From Amoebidium appalachense (Eukaryota > Protista > Ichthyosporea), in the NCBI GenBank assembly GCA_963693365.1, contig CAVNZM010000007.1, positions 1,597,979 to 1,661,978 of the forward strand: a DNA stretch of 64,000 nt, in the 5' to 3' direction. Below are positions 1-29,414 of this stretch, piece after piece. Each line of letters opens with the position of its first letter. Positions within the stretch are counted from its first letter, which is position 1. The notes beneath the pieces were generated by a model. The model ran no database searches. It worked only from the letters and a program-made list of their open reading frames with translations, and had not been told where the DNA came from. The translations under genes and the position numbers were made by a program.

Positions 1-1
1 G

Positions 2-35
<34 letters not shown>

Positions 36-388
36 TCTCACCCTCTCCCTATCTCCCTCTGTGCTTCCCTCTTCGCTCCCTTCCCATCTCTCTCCCTCCC
101 TGTCTTTCTTCCCTTCCACCCCCTCCCCCCCCCCCCTCCTCCCCTCCCTCTTCCCCCCCCCCCTCCCCCCCCCTCCCCCCCCCCCCCCCCTTTGCATTCC
201 TTTGTTTACCGTTAACCAACATGGATATTCGGAGTATGCTATGAAAGGTATGCTTACCACGAATTTTCTCGAGCATCACAATAGGCAAATTCATACAATT
301 ATTGTGCAGTAAAAGTCTGAATAGCTATGAACTCATGAATAACCCGTAATAATTTTCGGGATTGATCCGAAATACGCACATTCCACAG

Positions 389-506
389 GCAATCGACTTT
401 GCCAAGGAACAGAACGACACCGAACTCTGGGAGGATCTGATCAACTACTCCATGGATAAACCTGGTGGGTATCCGGTCGATCTTTTTCTTTTCTTTTCCT
501 TTCTTT

Positions 507-537
<31 letters not shown>

Positions 538-1820
538 GGGGGGGGGGGGGTTGGGGGGCTCGATCAGGCGTAATGTGTTGCACAATAATGTTGGGTTTCT
601 GTTAACGTTTTATGGTGGTTAGTGTACAGTCGATGCTGGATATTGATAGCACCACCGGTATAGCGCCCTCCATTACCTATGTCAAACTAAACAAACAGTC
701 ATTGCTTGTCAACCACTGCTGTTCATACAAAAACATAAAACGCATACACATAACCCCCCTACAGATGCGCGTAGACATAATCCACTTATGCATACACATA
801 ACATCCTGTTTTGCACATTACCCCTCTCACTTATACACACTCAACCGCTACTAACTCACTGAAACCTCCCTATTAACCCGCATAAACCCCCCCAGAATTC
901 ATCAAGGGTCTACTACACAACATCGGCACACACGTAGACCCTATTGTTCTGATCCAGCGCATACCCACGGGCATGGAAATCCCCGGCCTGAGAGATGCGC
1001 TAGTCAAAATTATGCACGACTATAACCTACAGGTATATGGCCCCCGACAAAGAGACTGTTTAAAAAAAAAAAGGAAGGGGGGGGGGGGGGGGGGGGGGGG
1101 GGGGAAGAAGGGGGGGGGGGGGGGGAGGGGGGGGGGGAGGGGGGGATAGTTCCAGGTGACCTTAATTATTCTTGAGTGGTGGGCTATACTTTGTTGTATT
1201 ATGTGCACGCAACGTGATGAATAGAAGCTGTGTGGGGAAAAGGCATGTTGTGTCTTGTTTCTTTCTTCAGCTGGTAAAGAATGTTGGGGACCAATCTGGC
1301 TTGTTTAGAGGCAAGCACCCATGCACAGTTTGCACGGCTGCTGCTAGAATGTCGGCCAAGAACGGATGTGACTGTCTGCACACGCAACTGTGTGCACGTG
1401 TGGCACTGTGTGCATGTGGTACTCTGTGCATGTGGTACTGTGTGCATGTGGCACTGTGTGCATGTGGTACTGTGTGCATGTGGTACTGTGTGCATGTGGC
1501 ACTGTGTGTGTACAGCCTGCACATTGTACTGTGTGCGCCATATTTTCGCAAAGACACCTGCACAAACACGCTCGAATGCAAACAGGGCTTATCAGGAGCA
1601 CCACGCGCATATGTGAAGTGCCCGTAACACCCCTTAACTAACCCCGTCTCCTCCCCCCTCCCCCCTCTCCCTCCCTCCTCCCCCAACTACCACCACCACG
1701 CTTTCCCTCTCTCCCTCCCCTCCCCCTTCTTCTGCTCTCTTCCTCAACATCTCTCCCCTTTCCTCCGTCTCTCGTCCCCCCCTCCCCTCCCCTGCCTCCC
1801 CCTCCTAGGCCATCACCATC

Positions 1821-1858
<38 letters not shown>

Positions 1859-2104
1859 GCCCGATCTTCTTCCCGTGTTTTCCGTGTTTTCCTTGCTTTC
1901 CTGTATTCTCCTTTGTCCCCCTTGTTTTCCGTTCTTTCCCCTTCTTTCCCCCACGTTTTCTTCTGTATTCCCCTTTCCTCCCCTGTTTTTGTATGGTTAC
2001 AGGTTCAGCTCCGTGAGGGCTGTGACAAGATCCTTGTATCGGACTGCATGGGCCTTTTGGACCGGTTGACTCGGGTTCAGCGCCGAGGAATTTATATTGC
2101 AGGT

Positions 2105-2136
<32 letters not shown>

Positions 2137-2163
2137 ATACACCTTCTATCAATTTCATTTCCC

Positions 2164-2197
<34 letters not shown>

Positions 2198-2950
2198 CCT
2201 CCCCCTCCTCCTTCTCCTCCCCCCCTTCCAAATGCACATCTCTTTGGGCTTTCCTGGCTTCTGTTATGATATTTTTTGTTGTGTGTTTCACTTTTCTCCC
2301 GGGTTTATTCTTACCCTCCGCCCCCTCCCCCCCCCCCTCCCTTCCATCCATCCATCCTTTCTTTTCCCCCTCCCCCCTCCCCCACCATCCTTCAATGGAT
2401 CCCCACCTTTCCGCCTCCCCCCTCCTCCGCCTCCGTGCACTTAAGGATGGGATCTGCAAAATTTGCATATGCTATGGACTAATCTGCTCGTCTCTCTCTC
2501 TTTTTCTTCCACCACTTCCCTACACCAACCATCCCCCCAACCCCACCACAAGACCACCCCACCAAGACTCGACGTGTCCTCTCCCCATGGACACCCAAAA
2601 AACACATTTAATGCCGCCATATTTTTTATTGTTGTGGGCTTCTCTTGTTCTCCATTACACGCATACACAAAACACGCCGACCAATTTTAAGGAAGAAATC
2701 TCAGTTGTCACATAACACACCCAAAATTCACATACCATTGTCCTTTGGGAGCCAGGAGTGTTTGTCCCGATGGGGACACCTTCATTATATGTTAGCAGGC
2801 GCCGCAAACATTATCAATAACATGTGGTTGATTTTGCAGATAGAAGCACTTGTGAGCTGTGCCGAGGCGCTTTACTACAGGATGGTGAGTGCAAACATGG
2901 AACCAGGTTTTTCTGGTGGTTGGGTGGGTGGATGCTTTTCTTCTTCTTCT

Positions 2951-3003
<53 letters not shown>

Positions 3004-3065
3004 GGGCGTGTGTGTGTGTGGGTGGGTGGGTGGGTGGGTGTGGGTGGGTGGGTGAGTGGGTGCGT

Positions 3066-3127
<62 letters not shown>

Positions 3128-3880
3128 ATGTGGAGGGGGGGGAGAGGGGGGGGGGGGGGGGGGTTTCACAGAAAGCATTCGGATAGCAAGGAATGTCCTC
3201 CCGGTGTACATGTTAGCCTTTGTATTCGGTCATTACATACAAAGCCTCCGATTAGGCTATGTGCCTGGTGTTGGTATGCCAATTTCAGCAACCCATTTCC
3301 ACCTATCCTTCCCTTTACAATGCCGACACACTCGCTAACACACCCACCCTTTCTCTATCCGTACAGGCACAAAGGATGGGCCAGGGGCCTTCCTTGTGTT
3401 TTTCTGCCGCCACGCCTTCCACAGGGATTGCCTCAACAACAGAAATGCAAACAACACGGCTTCTGGACCCGCAAAACTGGTCTGTTTTCCACCTTTCTGT
3501 GCATGTTTGTGCACAGGAATCTTTAATTGCAGTTTAGAACAAGAAGGAAAGAGAAGTTGTTTGTGTGGGGGGGAGAAGGGGGGGGGGGGGGGGAACAAGA
3601 ATGGAAAGAGGGAGGGGGGGTAAACAAACAAGAAACATAAAACGGCTGGTACAAATGTTTTTTATGATTGAATAGCACAAAAGGGAAACCCGGGCCTCTC
3701 TGTCCACCGCACTTCTATCCCTCCCTGGTGCATCGTTCCTCCTCCACCCTCTTCTCCTGTCTTTTTTCCTGTCGTTTTCCCCGTTTTTACGTTTTACGTT
3801 TTTACGTTTTTACTGCTTGCATGTCCTGTGTCTAGCCCCCTCCCTTCCTCCGTGGATTTGAATCACCTCTCAGTCCCACC

Positions 3881-3915
<35 letters not shown>

Positions 3916-4066
3916 GTCCCCCAGCTGTTTCCCTGTCCCCCTTCCCCCTTTCTCGCCTCCACCTCTTTTCTCCCTCTCCCCCCTCCCCTCCCCTTCAACC
4001 TTTCTTCTTTCCCCACCTCATCCCTTTACTTCTTCCCCTCCACCTTCCCCCGCTCCCCCCCCCCCC

Positions 4067-4105
<39 letters not shown>

Positions 4106-4410
4106 GCTTCAACCGACCTCCCTCTTTCTTCCTCCCCCTTACCCCCCCCCCCCCCCCCCCCCCCCCCCTCCCCGCGCGCCCCAAACACACACACGCTCAC
4201 ACACACACCACTACCCCACCCCACCTCCCTCTTTCTTCCTCCCTCACCCCATACACACACCAAAGAACAGAAATTCCCGCCCCGAGGCCGTGTTTTCTGG
4301 TCGATCATTATCTTCTTTTTGTCTTCATATCTCCATGCTCCCCTTCTCTAAAATTTCAAAGCTAACATCCTTCCCCCCCCCCCCCCCCCCCCGGGGCCTC
4401 CGCCGCCCTG

Positions 4411-4474
<64 letters not shown>

Positions 4475-4665
4475 GCACCACCACCGCCCCTCACCCTGCC
4501 CTCCCCCTCCATTTCGTCTTCACCACCCGTCCCACGCAGGCTGGAGAGTTGAGTCTAGGGCGCAAGGCCACCTCCCAGTCCGATACATTCTGCCCCCTCT
4601 GTCAAAACCAAGAGCGGCATATGAAGTCTGTTGTGAGCAGAGCCAGCACAGGCACCCTGTCATAG
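389..4665 (+). CDS. VPS41: Vacuolar protein sorting 41 (HOPS subunit), 3' portion; 5' exons lie upstream of the window
   Basis: GT-AG exons 389-464, 896-1032, 2003-2102, 2840-2884, 3367-3479 and 4540-4665 splice in frame. They give AIDFAKEQNDTELWEDLINYSMDKPEFIKGLLHNIGTHVDPIVLIQRIPTGMEIPGLRDALVKIMHDYNLQVQLREGCDKILVSD...CELC...FFCRHAFHRDCL...FCPLCQ, matching the clathrin-repeat and RING-H2 C-terminus of VPS41. Stop TAG is at 4663-4665. Confidence 0.93.
1388..1510. repeat. 16-bp minisatellite (ACTGTGTGCATGTGGY) x ~7 in VPS41 intron
   Basis: Tandem units read directly from the sequence. Confidence 0.85.
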
Positions 4666-5261
4666 AAAAAAAAAATAGCCTGAACAGCATGTATTGAGGT
4701 TTGTGTTAGAGATAATCTTTTTCAAACCTGTTGGTTATTTTGTTGACGTTTTAATTAATTATAAAGTGGGATAGGTGGGGCTAGAGTAACAGGCTTTTGG
4801 GCTTTGCTTGATTTGGTGTGACGGAACAGCGTGTTACATGTAGCTGTATGTCGTTTTGTTCAACTTGGGCGAGGTATTCAATATAGTGACGGGGTGTGAA
4901 GTTTAGATTTGATCGTGGTCTTCAAGATGTTATCAACATGAAAAGCTTTGGCGTGTCAAACGTGTTAGTGTTCAGTGTTACAAATATATTATACTAACCC
5001 TGCAGTACTGCGAGTATGCATGTAAATTATTGTCTTGGCATCCTTATGAATGAAAGTAGTGAAGGTATTGCATGTAACAGACACTCATACAGGCACGATT
5101 TATCCTTACGGTCAAACTTTGTTTGCTCTATTTGCTCTTGATTGTATCTTTATATAAAGATACAATCATTCCTTTTGTTAGTTCTTCTTGCTCGTTCATG
5201 ATGGGCGGGTGGGCCGGGCGGGTGGGCGGCGTAGGGGCAAGGGGGTGAGGGGGGGGCTGTG

Positions 5262-5510
5262 TTTGAATTATACAATTGAACTTAGTATATCTGCTCGAAT
5301 CTATCACGAAATAAAGAAAGTTATACCTCACCCCTTGACCCGAACTGTGGTTCAACAGTGTATAACACGGCCGGGGGGGAGGGGGGGGCAGGCCGGCTCT
5401 GTATTTGAAATGTAAAATGAACTGAGTATTCCCGCTCCAATCTATCGATATCACGACATAAAGAAAGATACACCTCACCCCTTGGCCCAAACCCTGGTTT
5501 TGTATAACAC
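5262..5510. repeat. Diverged tandem duplication, ~140-bp period
   Basis: TTTGAA..TGAACT.AGTAT...AATCTATC...ATAAAGAAAG.TA.ACCTCACCCCTTG.CC...TGTATAACAC occurs at 5262-5368 and again at 5404-5510. Confidence 0.7.
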
Positions 5511-6729
5511 ATACGGGGGCCAAATGATTTCTTGGCCCCACCCAACCGATACCGGATGGTGACGCCAACATGGTATTGCTAACCTTCGGGCGTACTGAGC
5601 ATGCATGTGCTGCTCTTCTCTGCGTCATGCGATTGAAGCCGGTGCCGGCATCCCATTGTTTCTGGCCTACACAAGCAAGTGTATGTGTTGCTCTGATGTT
5701 TCCATTCTGACTTAGTTAATATAAAGACGGTCACCCGTTGTGTGTGTGTCTGTTTGTTTTGTGTGTGAATTCCTGTGACTCCCGAGTGTGCCCAAGAGTG
5801 TAAGCCCGAGTGGGCATCTGAAACGGTTAGGATTAAGGCCCACGGTGATGATGTGAAAGAATGAAGCGATGTCTCCTTCATTCCTTCGATTTTGGGCGGA
5901 AGCATCGGTTTGGCTGGCAACATCTTGCACCTTCAACATCAACAACGATGACACGAGGATTTTTGGTCTAATTCGAGACCTCCATTATGAATGGGCCAGC
6001 TTCTAGAAGTTAGCTTACGAAAGGAAGCAGTTCCAGGTCACAGAGTGACGCCCATATTTAAAGAAAGCCGCTGTGTCAAGTGTGATGCAGCCACGGTTCC
6101 TTGATGCTAGCATTCAGATTACAGGTCGATACAGCACAAATGAAGCGAGCATAGTATATACAAAGCCCGTCATTATCCTCAGAAGCTATGAGTTGCAAAA
6201 ACATCATGTGAGTCCTGAATCTTTGTGGACACAAGGCCTACGTGACCAACTGCTGCTACCCGTGACCTACAAGAGCTTCTGTTAGCGTTGCACGAACAAA
6301 CAGCAACATCAGCAACACAACAGCTTGATAAACAACGTGTTGCATGCTCGTTCAGCTTTAGTTTTCATTTCATTCACTGTTGAAGAAAAACGTGAAGGCG
6401 TGAGCCGGAAGAAAAATGAACCCATTGCATGTTGACCGGGCGGATCTTTTGCATGGGCCTGCACGTCCCGCACGTTGGCTAAAACTGTTCAGCACGAGAG
6501 CGATGCAAGATCTTGAATGTGATATGGTTGTAAATGAAGTGTGTTTTCAATCATCAAGCATAATAACGATTAAGCGTTAGCAATTTTTTTGTTTTATAAT
6601 ATCTTTTTAATGGTGAATAAATCCAATTTTTTATGTTTGTATTCACCTGTCAACGACTTTTCTTTTAAGCAAAGTCAGTAAGCTCCTCAAGAGTTTGCCC
6701 TACCTCTACTGTTTACATTCCATAGGCTA

Positions 6730-7115
6730 CCAAACGCCAATCATCTGGAAGTGCTGAACTGTATTTGAGTTTTGATTGGTCGTACGCCTACCATGTGGTG
6801 TTTGTCCAACATAATCCGGCGATGCTTTCTTTTTTTTAGCCGTACATGATTGGATAACTTATAATGCTTGAAGTCAAAAAGACCTTTAGTATTGTGCATT
6901 TACAGTCATTACATATGCAGTAGGCCGGTAGATACTTCTATTGGGTTTTTGTAGAACCTGCCTATTCCGATAAAATGTTTTTAGAAGCAGGTCGATAAAT
7001 GCCTATGTTCTCACTGCTATTTATGAACTCTGTCTATGAAAAGTTTTAAACAATTTCTATTCGATTAAAGTCATGCAGTCGATTAAACCCACGCAACTTC
7101 AGTATCCAATCATCT
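6730..7115 (+). promoter_or_regulatory. CCAAT-box-containing upstream region of AHCY
   Basis: Several CCAAT/ATTGG motifs (~6736, 6775, 6850, 6940, 7106) lie in AT-rich, microsatellite-free DNA upstream of the ATG. Similar clusters precede other genes (29143-29240, 38690-38930, 51466-51866). Confidence 0.4.
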
Positions 7116-7253
7116 TCCCCAAAGCCAAGGAAATCTGCAAGGCCACATGGACAAGGCGAGCTCTCCCAGCGGCGGAACAAAAACACGACGCACTCGTTTG
7201 TGCCTATCAGTTTTCCCTCTTTCTCCTTCCCAGTTACCTTGAAAACTAGGAAA

Positions 7254-10531
<3,278 letters not shown>

Positions 10532-11415
10532 GCTATTCCCTTACCCCTTTTCATCACCACCTAGTGTGTTGTGTACCGCATGACTCTTTTTACTTTGTTT
10601 TCCCCTAACCTATGAGCATGTGTGAACATAGTGGGGTATGGAGTAGTGTTGTAGACACAAAACTGTGTATTTATAAAGCTGCCTGTGTCCTTTTAGGTGC
10701 ACGCAGTGTGTGAGCGATGGCATATGTTCCTTTTGTAGTTTCCGGTGACGAATGTATGACGAGACGTTAACGTCTCCCTTGCTAAGATGAAGATACACGG
10801 GGAGCATAAGCTAACCCCCCCGGGCGGGCCTTTATTTGGGCCTAAATTTGTATGCATAGGTGTGTTGCTGTTAGTCGGCTGCCCCCCGTGGGGTGCGCTC
10901 ACTTGTCGCCCATTAAACTGTTGCTCTTGGCACGATGTGTTGTGCTGGGTCTTCACTCATACGTACCACATGTGCAATGCTTCGTTAACCCCCCGCACAC
11001 ACACACACACACACACACACACGGACTCGGTGTGTAGTGCTCCAGTAGTTTTCCTGCACTACCCTCCCCTCCATGTGATGCTGTAATGATATATTTGCCT
11101 CCCGAGTCTCTCTCTCTCTCCCCCTTCCCCCCCCCCAACACACATAACACACATCCAACACACCATCCACTGTTACCATTACTACGCATGCACGGTGCCC
11201 AGGGTAACACACCCCCACACAAACACAAAGCCTCACAACCCCAATACCGCACGTTACTCCGCACTTGCTCTTCCCATCTTTTGAGTGCTCCTCTCCTTCC
11301 ATCCGCTCCACACCGTTTTCCCTTCGCGGCAGTTGCCCTCCTCCCCACCATACACATGCACACTAATTGGAGTTAGATGAGCCATGTTCTCGATCCGTTC
11401 TCCGTGTAGCCGCCA

Positions 11416-11446
<31 letters not shown>

Positions 11447-11482
11447 GGGAATGGGTCGAATCTGGGAGGGATGTGACGTGGG

Positions 11483-11625
11483 GGGCCCTGAGAATGGGCT
11501 CTGCTTAGATCCACACTCCCATGTGCTGCTTGTGCTCTGCGTTGTGTTGTCGATAGTGAATGTGTACTTCGTAATCTATGGTGCATGCAAACCCTCCTCC
11601 CCCCTCCCCTCCCCTCCCCCTCCCC
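11483..11625 (+). mobile_element. Degenerate 3' fragment of the structured repeat family
   Basis: CCCTGAGAATGGGCTCTGCTTA ... GTGTACTTCGTA ... CAAACCC followed by a C-rich tract. Confidence 0.6.
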
Positions 11626-12997
11626 ACGCACACCGTGTCACACACGACCACCACCACCCCAAATGCATGGGCACACTCCATTCCCCATGTTGAGAATTGA
11701 GAAAGTGCAATCCCCCCCCCCCCCCCACTCCCTCGCACCACCCCTACCTCCCTACCTTTTCCCGATTTCTTTCAGTCTCATCTTGTCCTCCCCCCCCCCC
11801 CACCCGGCTGCCCGAAAGAACTGCCTTACGTGTGCGCCAGACTGGAAATAATACTTGATACGTATACTCGTCGAATATTAATTGCAGCGATGCATGTTGT
11901 ATTGTGTACTGAGTCACATGCACGCTTTAGCACATACTGCATTGTCGAGGGGCGAAATTCAATGTACATGTTCAACCAAGCGCTTGGGTTTCGCGTATGA
12001 GGAAAATTTCACGCCTAGGCCTGAGGCGTACGTGTAGGACATCATGTCACCTACTGCAATCTGTCCCTCCCTCCCTCCCCCCCCCCCCCCCCCTAGATCT
12101 CCCCATATCATAATCGGCCAAAAACACCACCACAACCAGCAACCCGGCCCGGCCCAGCGGCTGCCACCCACTAACATACATGTACATGACGGTATGTACA
12201 TGTGTTATCAGGTACGTGTAAAAGTTTCCGGAAAATTAATAAACCGTGAATGGACTCAATATCGATCTCAACTTATAGGTGTAGAACCACTTTGGCATGC
12301 ATGCATGTGGCTAGCTGAGCCTAAATATGCATGTGTAATATGTTCAAACTTGGCCGGGAAGGCCTATGTTGGCACCTCAAGGACGTCGGCTCAAGTTTGT
12401 TATACTACGTGTACCGTTTCTGAGATCGAGAGACTCAAGTCGACCCTATGCAAGTTCCTTAGGGGTTAGGGCCAGGCACCTTATAGTAGATTGCCAAGTC
12501 GGAGAACAGACAGACATTGATGATAAAAGATGCCAATTTCAAAGGTATCATCAGTGCTTACGGGCTGAATGAACGGCCGGCTCACATCAGCTCAGTGAAT
12601 AAACTTGAAGCAGCATTAACAGGATGTAATGGGAGAGGGAAAAGGAATAACTACCACTAAATGGATGCAACGATGAACAATGGTAGGTAATCGGACCTCG
12701 GCTGTTGTTACATTTGTGCCCTAAACCATGTTTATGATGCACACCCATAATGGATTCTATGCGTCCGTGTGCACGTGTGCACGTGTGTGTGTGTGTGTCT
12801 GTTTGCCTTATAAGGTAAACATATGTAAATCCCCCTCCGTGCATGTACTTTTTGTTCCTACCAACCCCATACCTATCACACAGCAATTGAAACTGGCTAG
12901 GGGAGATAAACACCCACAAGGCCTGCGTCTATGCTAACCGACGGGTTTTAAAACTACGAGCATAACACTTGGGCTAGTTGGGTGACTCAAAAGGGAG

Positions 12998-15973
<2,976 letters not shown>

Positions 15974-16372
15974 TTTTCAAACTGCTGAGAAAAGGGAGGG
16001 GGTGGCAAAGGGAGAGGAGAAGGGCGGGGGCGGGGAGAGAGGGAGCGTAGGGGGGAGGGGGGGGGGGGGGCGAGAATGGTTAGAATGGTATACATTACGG
16101 AGTGCACACATAACAGCGAAGGATGCGGTGCATTGACAGGGCTTAACCCAAGCAGAGAGGGGTGGGGGGAGGGAGGGAGGGAGAGAGAGGCTCAAATGAA
16201 AATGACTACAGAACGTGGTCGGCCTTCGGGAAGTTGAGTGGGTGGGTGGGTGCACGAGTGCTTGTGCGCCGGACAGTGTGTGCGTGTGTGCGCTCGTGTG
16301 CGTGTGCGTGTGCGTGTGTGTGTGTGTGTGTGTCCGTGTGTGTGTGTGCATGTGCGCATGCGTGTATGTGTG

Positions 16373-16442
<70 letters not shown>

Positions 16443-16458
16443 TGTGCGTTTGTGCTGT

Positions 16459-16512
<54 letters not shown>

Positions 16513-16680
16513 ACGCGTGCGTGTGTGTGTGCGTGCGTGTGTGCGCACGTATATGTGTGCGTGAAGCAGGAATGTGTGTGGGAACTGTCCACACACATAA
16601 ACAGACAGAGCAAGATTTTGAAGGAAGAATAGACGTGCCTATCATACCTAAGAAAAGTAGCAGGTGGGAGGGGGGAGGAA

Positions 16681-16715
<35 letters not shown>

Positions 16716-17376
16716 GAAGGAAAGAGAGTACGGAATATAATAAAACCGTGCAAGAACACAAAAACCAGAATTGCTTACACCTTACACCCATAAAAACCCC
16801 GAACTTAGTCGAATTTCCACTCTAACAGCAAACCCCCAACATCACAACACCGTAAACACCAAATAATAGGTCACAACCATGTCGATAATAAACAATTCGT
16901 CTTTTCCCCCATATAGAGTGTACAAAAGCGAAAGACACAGATCCACCGTCCCCCATAATCTACCTGAAATGAAGGAAAGATGGAGAACTTGCGTGGTTTG
17001 AAGGCTATCACAACAGAGCCAAGCGATAACTTGCAAAAGCTTTAGAGTCTAACTAACGTTAACACAGCAAAAAGAAACAGAAAAATAATGGAGCAAAATT
17101 TAGCTGCGCAGCTGTGGCTAAACCAAGGAAAATCAACCCTGGGATGGGGCTCAATGCTCGTTTCTTCCGGCTTTCTCGTTGAACCCCAGTGTCAAAAATT
17201 TCAGTGAGTGATGACTCATCACGATCGATCCGTGCGATGCACAAAAAGCCATCGAGTGATGACAGCACGCAAAGAAGTAAAAGTAAAAGCTCACCGTAGA
17301 GTCATTCATAATAAACCCATAAAACATTGTAAAAATCTACAAAGGAAAAGAAGGGGTGTGGCACGCATCAGTCACC

Positions 17377-27606
<10,230 letters not shown>

Positions 27607-28269
27607 CTAATGACATTAGTTTGTGATAAGATACTGAACAGTAAGTACATAAAAACACACAAAAAAGGTAGGAATATATGGCAGACAATATCGCAGACAA
27701 AGCAAGCTATCAAATTGGTAGAGGAAGTGCTGGTATAAATAAAGCATTTTGTGGCCTATAAATTCTGGCATCATAGTATCCCGTACTTATCACAGTGCAT
27801 GCATATGTGTCCTGTACTGCTGATTTTTTTTTTCGCCCACGGCAATAAAAAAGCATGATATTAGGCGAATGGTCGATCCTTAAAACGCACCAGTGCGCTC
27901 CCTCCCAATCGTAAACACGCGCTGACCCCCCTTTTACCCAATCAGATACCGCCCGCCCCCCTCCCTTGCGGGTGCCATATGTGTCCTGTACTTATCACAG
28001 TGCATGCACATAAGCATGTTATTGTAACTTGTCGTGTATGTATGGAATATTATGGGTAACCATTTCTCACTCAGAGATCTGGGTGTGTTATACTCGGGTC
28101 ACTGTACGTGTATATGTTGTACATAATGTGGGTGTTTTTTCCACATGGTATAGTCTCGTTCACGTCCGGGTGTTCGTGTTTGTGTAAAACTTTGTATGTG
28201 TTTGTACATGTGGTGGTATGTGGGTTATGGTGTGGGTGTGCGCGCGCGTGTGTGTTTTTGTAGGGTGGT

Positions 28270-28300
<31 letters not shown>

Positions 28301-28351
28301 GCGAGCAAGAGGCTGTCGATCAATATTCGGCCATGAATGCATACACACACA

Positions 28352-28427
<76 letters not shown>

Positions 28428-28536
28428 CACGGGCACATATGTGCGCGCGCACACACGCACGTGTACCCACAAACACACACGCAGAGAGAAAGAGACAGAG
28501 GAGAGAGAGAGTGTGTGTGTGTGTGTGTGTGTGTGT

Positions 28537-28583
<47 letters not shown>

Positions 28584-28594
28584 AGAGAGAGGGA

Positions 28595-28650
<56 letters not shown>

Positions 28651-29414
28651 TCTGAAAGCTGAGTTAAGGCCTAGGTCTGCAGCGTTTCAAACGCCCCTGC
28701 ACACACATACATGCGCACTGTCGTTATGTACTCTAACTAGTAATTATGACCACACAGGCGCACAGTGCAACATGAAATACTAGCATGATTTGGGGGTTTA
28801 ACCAACTTTGAAAGTGTTTGCAGGCAAAACAAATAAAATAACTTCAACGCATCCGCACAGTGTCGACTAAGCATGCGCAACGCGTGCGCTTGCAGCCTAG
28901 CGGCCGGGAAAATCGGTCCAGACAGGAGTATAATAATGGAAGTCAATTGAGGCATATTACGCGGGAGATCGAGTTCCGATAGCACGGCAAAAGACTTGCT
29001 GAATGAATCAAGAGAAAAAGGGAGAGCGCGGAGGAGGGGGGGGGAGGGGGGATCGAGGACCCGGGGCCGGGGGAGAGCTGGGCTAAAAAAAAAAAAACAG
29101 TCAAAATATAAAAAATATAAAAAAAGTGTCTATGACTCAAATGATTGGCTGGCTACACTGATTGGTTGGCTCGCTGTGTTTAGGTCCCTCACACTGATTG
29201 GTTAACACAATTTTCTCAAATTTTCACGCATTTGATTGGCTTATACTGTATTACACAGGCACCCGCAAAGATGTGGTCACACGACACATGTTCAACAAAA
29301 CCAGAACTTCTAAACCAAAAAACACAGTCTACAATTTCCCCACCCTGCACACACAGCAGCACACCAAAAAAAAAGATATCTGCACATGATTTTCTAGCTT
29401 TTTTAGGTTGTAAA

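Noticed and set aside
1388-1510. CRISPR-like array
   Set aside because: Contiguous 16-bp units with no unique spacers, eukaryotic context and no cas genes.
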